Positions 56,234-64,000 of a stretch of DNA of 64,000 bases are shown here, one piece after another (within the stretch, counting starts at the first letter, position 1; the number at the start of each line of letters is the position of its first letter). A model generated the notes under the pieces. It ran no database searches, was not told the DNA's origin, and saw nothing but the letters and a program-made list of their open reading frames with translations. Source of the DNA: the human T2T-CHM13v2.0 reference genome, Homo sapiens. The stretch is taken from the NCBI RefSeq assembly GCF_009914755.1, contig NC_060927.1, one strand, 5' to 3'. The position numbers and the translations under genes were made by a program.

Positions 56234-57905
56234 CATTCACCCATTCAATAAATATGTATTGAACATCTACTATGGGCCAGGCACTGCGCTAAGTATAGAG
56301 AGTACAGAGGTGAGGAAAATAGAGTTCCTGTCCTCATTGGTTTAATTTTCTAGTGTAAGCTCCAGATCATTCCTCAAAACCTCAAAACACGGTATGGAGT
56401 TTTCTGAGGCTATTTCTCACTAGTAATTATGGGGAACTGGGATTAAAAGAGCCCTTCTTCTGTTGCTTTAACACTTGGACTTAGTAGGAAAAGATAAAAT
56501 CACCAGCATGCTAATTGAACGGGCTATGCCTAAACAAAGACAATGTACAGTTCATCTAAGTTCTGAGAACAGTGGGAGGTGGTGTGCGCTTTCATCCTGT
56601 GCTCCTCCTTTCTAGGGAAGACTCCTTTGGGAGGCAGTGCGGGGCAGTGGTTAAGCAGCAGGCTCTGGAGTGTTCCAACTCCAGCCCCAGCTCTTCCTGG
56701 CTTCACAGTTTTGAGTAGGTTATCCTCGCTCCACCTTAGTTTTCTCAAATCTAAAATGTTTCTGCAGGACTTTTATGAGGATTACAGGAGAAAACTCGTT
56801 TGTAGCATGGTGAGAGCTCAAGAAATGTGTGCTATTAATTAATATTAGTGGCTGCCCGAGACCATGAGGCTGTCTGCATGCTGAGACAAAGAGTGGTCTA
56901 ATCCATTAGCGATATTGGCCAAGGACAGCGCCTTTGTTCTGTATCTCCTACCTCGAGAGAAGACTCGGGGTATAAGACCAGAGCACCAAGGCAAGGGCGA
57001 TATTTACAACAGCCTCCATAGGCTGAGTGCGCCCTGTACATGGGGTTTTTGCTGCTTACTTGAATCACAGTATTTCATTTAATACTCTCCAGTCAAGGGT
57101 AAGATAGGCATTACTGTCCCCGTTTTACAGTAGAGAACACAGAGGCCTAGGAAGGTAAGTAGATGGCATGGCAGAGGGGAAACTGCAGCCATGGGGACTG
57201 TCCTCCCTTGGGCTCTTCTCTTTTAGCCAGGGTTGCAGGTGGAAGTAGCCCCCAGTGAGACTGCAGGGAGGACCTGGCTTGGTGCTAGCATCAGTTAAAT
57301 CACATATTTGACAGTGCTGGTGGGCAGGTACTTTGTGGATAAATCATCAATCCAGGGAAGGGGGTTTCTGGCTGCTGCTAAGATGGAATCTAGGACTTCT
57401 CAGGCATGCGACATTTCCCAGACTCGGGGAAAGCAGTGGAAGAACACTGAACAGTGTTTAGCCCTTTCCCCTCTTTCTTTGAGCCAATGAGGCCATTCAG
57501 CATTTGTGTTCACCAAGCCTCCCGAGTGGTTTTTGTCGCAGCTGCTGAAGTCAATAATAGCAGCAGCCATAGGGAGATTTATAGGGGAAGTTCACATCTT
57601 CACCTCTCAAAATTGTAAGTAAATACAAAGCTCCCACAAACCACATGGTACGTTGTTTAAATCCCTGTGCAGAATCCATAGGTCTGGCCCCTGCCCACTT
57701 CTCCCAGTGCTCTCTCCACTTCTCTCTGCCTGGCCTTTGCTCTCTGTTAATATTTAACTGCTCCTAATTCCTCAAGAGCCTATTCTGATTCTCCTTTCTA
57801 TGTGGTTTTCCAAGATGCACTTCTCCATGGGATGCTGCTCCCCATCCAGAAATCTACTGTTCTACTCCCTCCCTCATCATCCTTTCTACCAGAAACCCTT
57901 CTTCT

Positions 57906-58473
57906 ATCAGTCATTGTGTAACAAACCACCCAGATTTAGCAGCTTAACTCAACTATTCTTATTGCTCATGGTTATTTGAGGTGCTGTGAGTTGACTGAGC
58001 TCCACTGAAAGTTTCTCATGCGGGGTCTCTCAGCCAGTTGCAGTCAGATGGCAGCCAGGGATGGAGTTATCTGAAGGCTCAACTGGACTGGACATCCAAC
58101 ATAGCTCCTTCACACACCTGTCCCTTGCCTGGGTGAGATGGGTGGAAAAGCTGGCTATGGAGATGGTATTTCTGTGTCTTCTTGTGATGCCTTCCCATGG
58201 CTAGGTTGGGCTTCCTCACAGCATGGTGGCCTCAGCATAGTCAGACTTTTGACATGACAGCTGATTTCTCCCAGAACATGCATTCCAAGAGACCAAGGTG
58301 GAAGCTGCAAGGCCTTTTATGACCTAGCCTTGGAAGTCACACAGAGCCACTTCTACCACATTCTGTTGGTTATATAGGCCAGCCCAGACTCAACACGGGA
58401 AGGAACTAAAAAAAAGGCATGAATGTCAAGCAGTGTGTCTCATTGAGAGCCATCTTGAAGACTGGCTACCACA
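57906..58473 (-). mobile_element. MLT1 solo LTR
   Basis: TGTGTAACAAACCACCC...TTTTATGACCTAGCCTTGGAAGTCACAC...CTACCACA. Confidence 0.85.
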
Positions 58474-59560
58474 CCTTCTGGTCTTTCCCCGTTCTCTGCA
58501 CATCATGTACATCCTACCTAGGCACTTATCTTAGGACTTTACAGTTGCTTCTCTTCTGTCTCTCTACTCCACCATGAGTGCTGTTGTTTAACTATTTTTG
58601 AGCCTTTGGTGCCTGGTCTTGTGCCTGGCACTCACTAAACACACGTCACTTTATAGAATTGAGCCAAACTGTGACTTAGAGCTCCCCCAGCCTCAAGGCT
58701 CCAATCAGATGGCTCCCCCACCACCAACTGAAAGAGGAGCACCCCCAAACTTGGACCCAGTCCAGGCCTGTTACCCTACAGACAACACAAAACAAAGCAC
58801 TTCTCTTTTTTCCCTCTAGGACGACAAGTTAATTCAGTTCTTGAAAAAGATGCCAACTGACAGCCCCACAGATTGAGAAACATATGTCTTCCTCCAGAGG
58901 GGCCTTGCGTGTGGAGAAGCATAGGCGGTTTCTGAGGAGGGCAGCTGGGCGTGGGCATGCGTGGAGACCCAGCCATGGACCTCTACTCTCAAGGGCCAAG
59001 CCCGCCCCTCTAGAAACAGCCAAGGTGGGGAGGATGTTTCCTTAACAAAGATATCACCTCCGGGCACAATCTGACAATCTGTCTGGCTTCAAGCTTCAGT
59101 TCTGCCTGAGTTCTTCCAGCTTTGTTAGATTTTAGGTGGCTTGGGGTGGGAGGAAGAATGAAGAAGAAACACATCTTATCTTGATAGTGAAGACCCGGGG
59201 AATGAATTCAAGGGAAGGATGATGGATGAAGTGGAAGAAAAAGAAGAGAAAATATCCTTCCTAGATAAGATACAAGGGAACTGCTCATTCGTTCCTGCTC
59301 TCATTAACTACTTCACTCACCTTTCTCCAAATCATGACCCAAGCCTTCTTCTTTATTAAAAATAATATAACAAGAGTTATCAATTAGTGAGTGCTTGCTA
59401 TAGAGCAGGTACTCTGCTAAACACTTTATGTATATTATCCTGCTTAATCTGCACCATTCTGGGAGATGGTTGTCTTACCTGTCCCTCCCCACTCCACCTC
59501 AGCTAAGCCATCCCACCCCTGCCATTTTATGGAAAAAGAAACTGAGGTTCAGAGAGGTCA

Positions 59561-59960
<400 letters not shown>

Positions 59961-59977
59961 TCAGCTTCTAGAGCCTT

Positions 59978-60135
59978 GATACTCAAAGTTGGTCAAGCAG
60001 CATCAGTATCACCTAGGAGCTTATTGGAAATACATTTGAGGACACCCCCACCCCAGGACCTATTAGATCAGAATCAGTATTTTTATAACATCACCAGGTG
60101 ATTATTTTACACACTGAAGTTTGAGAAAAGCTGTC
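59978..60135. mobile_element. MER5A-like
   Basis: CTCAAAG...AGCAGCATCAGTATCACCTAGGAGCTT...AAGTTTGAGAA. Confidence 0.75.
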
Positions 60136-60407
60136 CGCTGTCCTAGAGCTTGTGTGGCCTCAGCCTTTGTCCTCCAGGTGGAAGCAGTCCTGAGGGCACT
60201 GGCTTAATGCACAGGCATTGACAGAGCCTTGGCTGATTGGTGATTGTTGCCCAGCACAGGTGGGCAAGAGCATATGCAATTGACCATTGTAGAATGGGGT
60301 TGAGGACACAACCGACCCCAGATTGCTGCTATCAAGCACAGTCATTGGGATGTCCCATTCTGCAGCCCCTCAAGACAACGTTACCAGTGGAAAGAAATTC
60401 TTTGTAA

Positions 60408-61295
<888 letters not shown>

Positions 61296-61984
61296 GGGGA
61301 CTCTTTTTAAGCCTAGCCCCATAGTTAGCCAGGATTCCATTACTCTTTACTGAGTTGCTCTCCTTTGGAAAGAGAAAGAGAGATTTTCTCCTAATTTCTT
61401 ATCCAAGAAATGATGGCATTACACATCATCTGAAATCAATAGATTGTCAATACCTGGTTGTTTGCCTTCAGGTATTGACAATAAAAGGATACAGAGCCCT
61501 TTTATGACACACCAGAAAAGACACCTGGTCCCAATGAGCTGCAACAATTGCATCTATATATTAATAGCTTCTGTTCACATTAGAAAAAAGCTCCCAAAGA
61601 TGTAATCAACTTTTACAAACATATGGGGCAAATTTCTGGGCCATGCATGGGGAATTCATGGCACAACTCACATTAATGGTAACCTGAAATAATAGGAGCT
61701 CTGTCAAATTACACCCCTGAGGTCTTCTCCACATCGGAGGCCATATATTAACACTCACACCTCCCTCCTGGGACCCTTTGGTTGACTGGAAAGAGGTGAG
61801 ACTTGGGTCTCAGAGGTATGGTCAGGGGCACAAAGCCCACACTAATCGCTCACTGACCCTTGACCAGCCATTTAGCCTTTCTACAACTCAATGTCCCTTC
61901 CAATAAACGGGCGGCCTGACTTCCAGACTTTCCTCTTTCCCCTCCCTCCTCTTTGCCTGCAAGTTCTGTTTCTCCATTCATTTT

Positions 61985-62650
61985 TTAAGACTTTTTATTT
62001 TGAAGTAACTTACAGAATTGAAGAATAGAAGGAACTCCTTTCTACCCTTTGCCCAACTTCACCAATTAACATTTTGCCATATTTGTTGTATCACTCCCCC
62101 TGTCAAAATAAATATCATCTTCCCCTAAAACATTTGAGAGTTCATTGTAGACATCACACCCACTTACCCCTAGTATTTCAGCATGCATTTCCTTAGAAAA
62201 GGACATCCTTTTATATAAGATAAAATAGAACTGTATTTAATATCAATGTTTATTTTTCTACTATGTATAATTTACGTTCAGCTAAATATTCAAGTCCTAC
62301 TTGTGTAATCACCACCCAGATGAAGGTATCAAATCCCAGCACCCCAGATGGCTCTCTCCTACTCTCTCCCCCTCAAAATCAACACCCCCCAAAATGCACT
62401 ATTCTGACCTGTTATCTAATACATAGTTCATATGTAAATGTCTCCAGCTGTCTCGATAATGTCATTTGTACTACTCCCACTTCTCCTTACCCAGGGCCAG
62501 TCTAGGACCAGGCATTACATTTAGTGTACACGCATGTATTATCTCTTTTAATCTAATACTGTTTTTTAGCCTTTCTTTCTCTTTCATAATATTGGCATTT
62601 TGAAGAGTGCAGACCACTGGTTCTATAGAATGCCCTTGAACTTGTCACTG
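61985..62650 (-). mobile_element. Old L1MC/ME 3' fragment
   Basis: TTAACATTTTGCCATATTTG, TATTTCAGCATGCATTTCCT, TTTTGAAGAGTGCAG. Confidence 0.7.
62245..62410 (+). repeat. Direct local copy of 60408-60565
   Basis: About 89% identity by manual alignment. Confidence 0.92.
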
Positions 62651-62894
62651 TATATACTCTTACCACCATCAGATTTGCAAATCCTCAGAAATGAAATGTT
62701 TTCTCCCCACCACACTTTTGTTTGCACAAAACCCTCCACCTGGAATCCCCTTTCCTTTCTCTTTCACTGGGCAATTCCTACTCAACTTTCTCTGATACCC
62801 TTTCTTATGGCCCCCTAGGACTAAGATGAAAGCCCCTCCTGTAGGCTTTTACCACCCAAGCTTGGCCCATCTGAGCATCTGTCAAACTCTATTG

Positions 62895-63018
62895 TGCACA
62901 GTGGCTCACACCTGGAATCACAGCAACTTGGGAAGCTGAGGCAGGATGACTCCTTGAGCCCAGGAGTTTGAGACCAGCCTGAGCAACATAGCAAGACCTT
63001 GTCTCTAAAAAATAAAAC
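62895..63018 (+). mobile_element. FLAM
   Basis: Monomer with a short A-tail. Confidence 0.88.
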
Positions 63019-63424
63019 ATAGCTGTACTCTGCTGTCGTTGACCAGTGTCCCATCCAAGGCTCTCACTTCTGCCCAGTTCTGGCTCCCCCTAACAAGTTC
63101 AGCTCTGAAAGCCTGACATCATCTGCTACATGTCCAGGGTCCCTCTTTGAGTCATGGGTAACCTGGGGCATTGTAGAGTAGAGTACACCTGGTCTGTCAG
63201 GGGTGGCATGGCCTGTGTCACCAGCCAGTACTGGGGAAGCCCTCTGTAGATGGGGCCACCCTGCAGATGCCTGCAGACCACATGGAATACATGTGATCGT
63301 AACAACTACAGCAATAACAGCAATTTTAATAGTGAACGCATAGCACTTACTTGGTGCCATGTCTAAATTATTTACATATATTAAGTCACTACTGCTATGA
63401 GGCACACATTTCAATAGTGTGCAC

Positions 63425-63820
63425 CTGGAATAATCTGAAGGCTCCTTCACGCACAAGCCTGGTGATTGATGCTGGCTGTTGCCTGAGGGCCTAGTAATGG
63501 CTATCAGCCGGAATGCCCAGATGTACCTCCCCATGTCGCCTCAGCTTCCTTAAAATATGGTGGCTGGGTTCCAAGAGTGAGTGTCCCCAGGTAGAGACAG
63601 AGAGCCAGAAAGACCCTAGATCATTTATGACTTAGCTTTGGAAGTCACATAGAATCACCTCTGCCACAGTCCTTTGGTCAGAGGAGTCACAAGCCCCCAC
63701 TCGTATTCAAGGAGAGGGGACACAGACACCCTCCTCTGGTGGGAGAAGTGGCAGCCACATTGTGAGAAGAGTCCGCGGGATGAGCTGTGACATCTTTGGA
63801 AGATGCAGTTGGCCACCACT
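63425..63820 (-). mobile_element. MLT1 LTR fragment
   Basis: TTTATGACTTAGCTTTGGAAGTCACATAG and CAAGGAGAGGGGA. Confidence 0.75.
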
Positions 63821-64000
63821 TGTTAGTGAGGAAGCAGGGATTTGAACCTGCACGGCCAGGCCCCAGAGTCCATACTGTTAACCAGCCTGCTGCACTTGCT
63901 CCAGAGCAGGTGAGGCCAGCAGCTGAGAACACTGAGCCTGGGACTAGCGCCCTTGCAGGGCCCCTTCTCTTGTCCACCCATCACTGTTTGAACCCCTTTC

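Overview
Primate (most likely human) nuclear DNA. It is repeat-dense and looks intergenic or intronic; I cannot name the locus from sequence alone. I found no protein-coding gene and no CpG island. The ORF-track entries come from Alu/L1/LTR sequence or are chance ORFs. Content: about 30 Alu/FLAM/FRAM elements (many with readable target-site duplications, TSDs), a 5'-truncated L1PA with a 17-bp TSD, old L1M/L2/MIR fragments, many solo LTRs (MLT1, MLT2, THE1C-like, MER50-like, LTR16, LTR33) and DNA-transposon fossils (MER2, MER20, MER45A, MER58A, MER63, MER5, ORSL). There are also retrocopies of U13 snoRNA and U1 snRNA, and a ~236-bp mitochondrial ATP6/COX3 NUMT inserted inside an Alu. The most unusual structure is a cluster of five locally templated, mostly inverted copies in the first 7.3 kb, which reads as an ancient template-switching scar. 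It includes a 280-bp inverted repeat whose inner ~120 bp are identical, a candidate conversion/inversion substrate. A separate templated direct copy lies near 60-62 kb. I see no convincing new multi-gene system. Repeat subfamily names come from recalled consensus sequences, and old-repeat boundaries are approximate.
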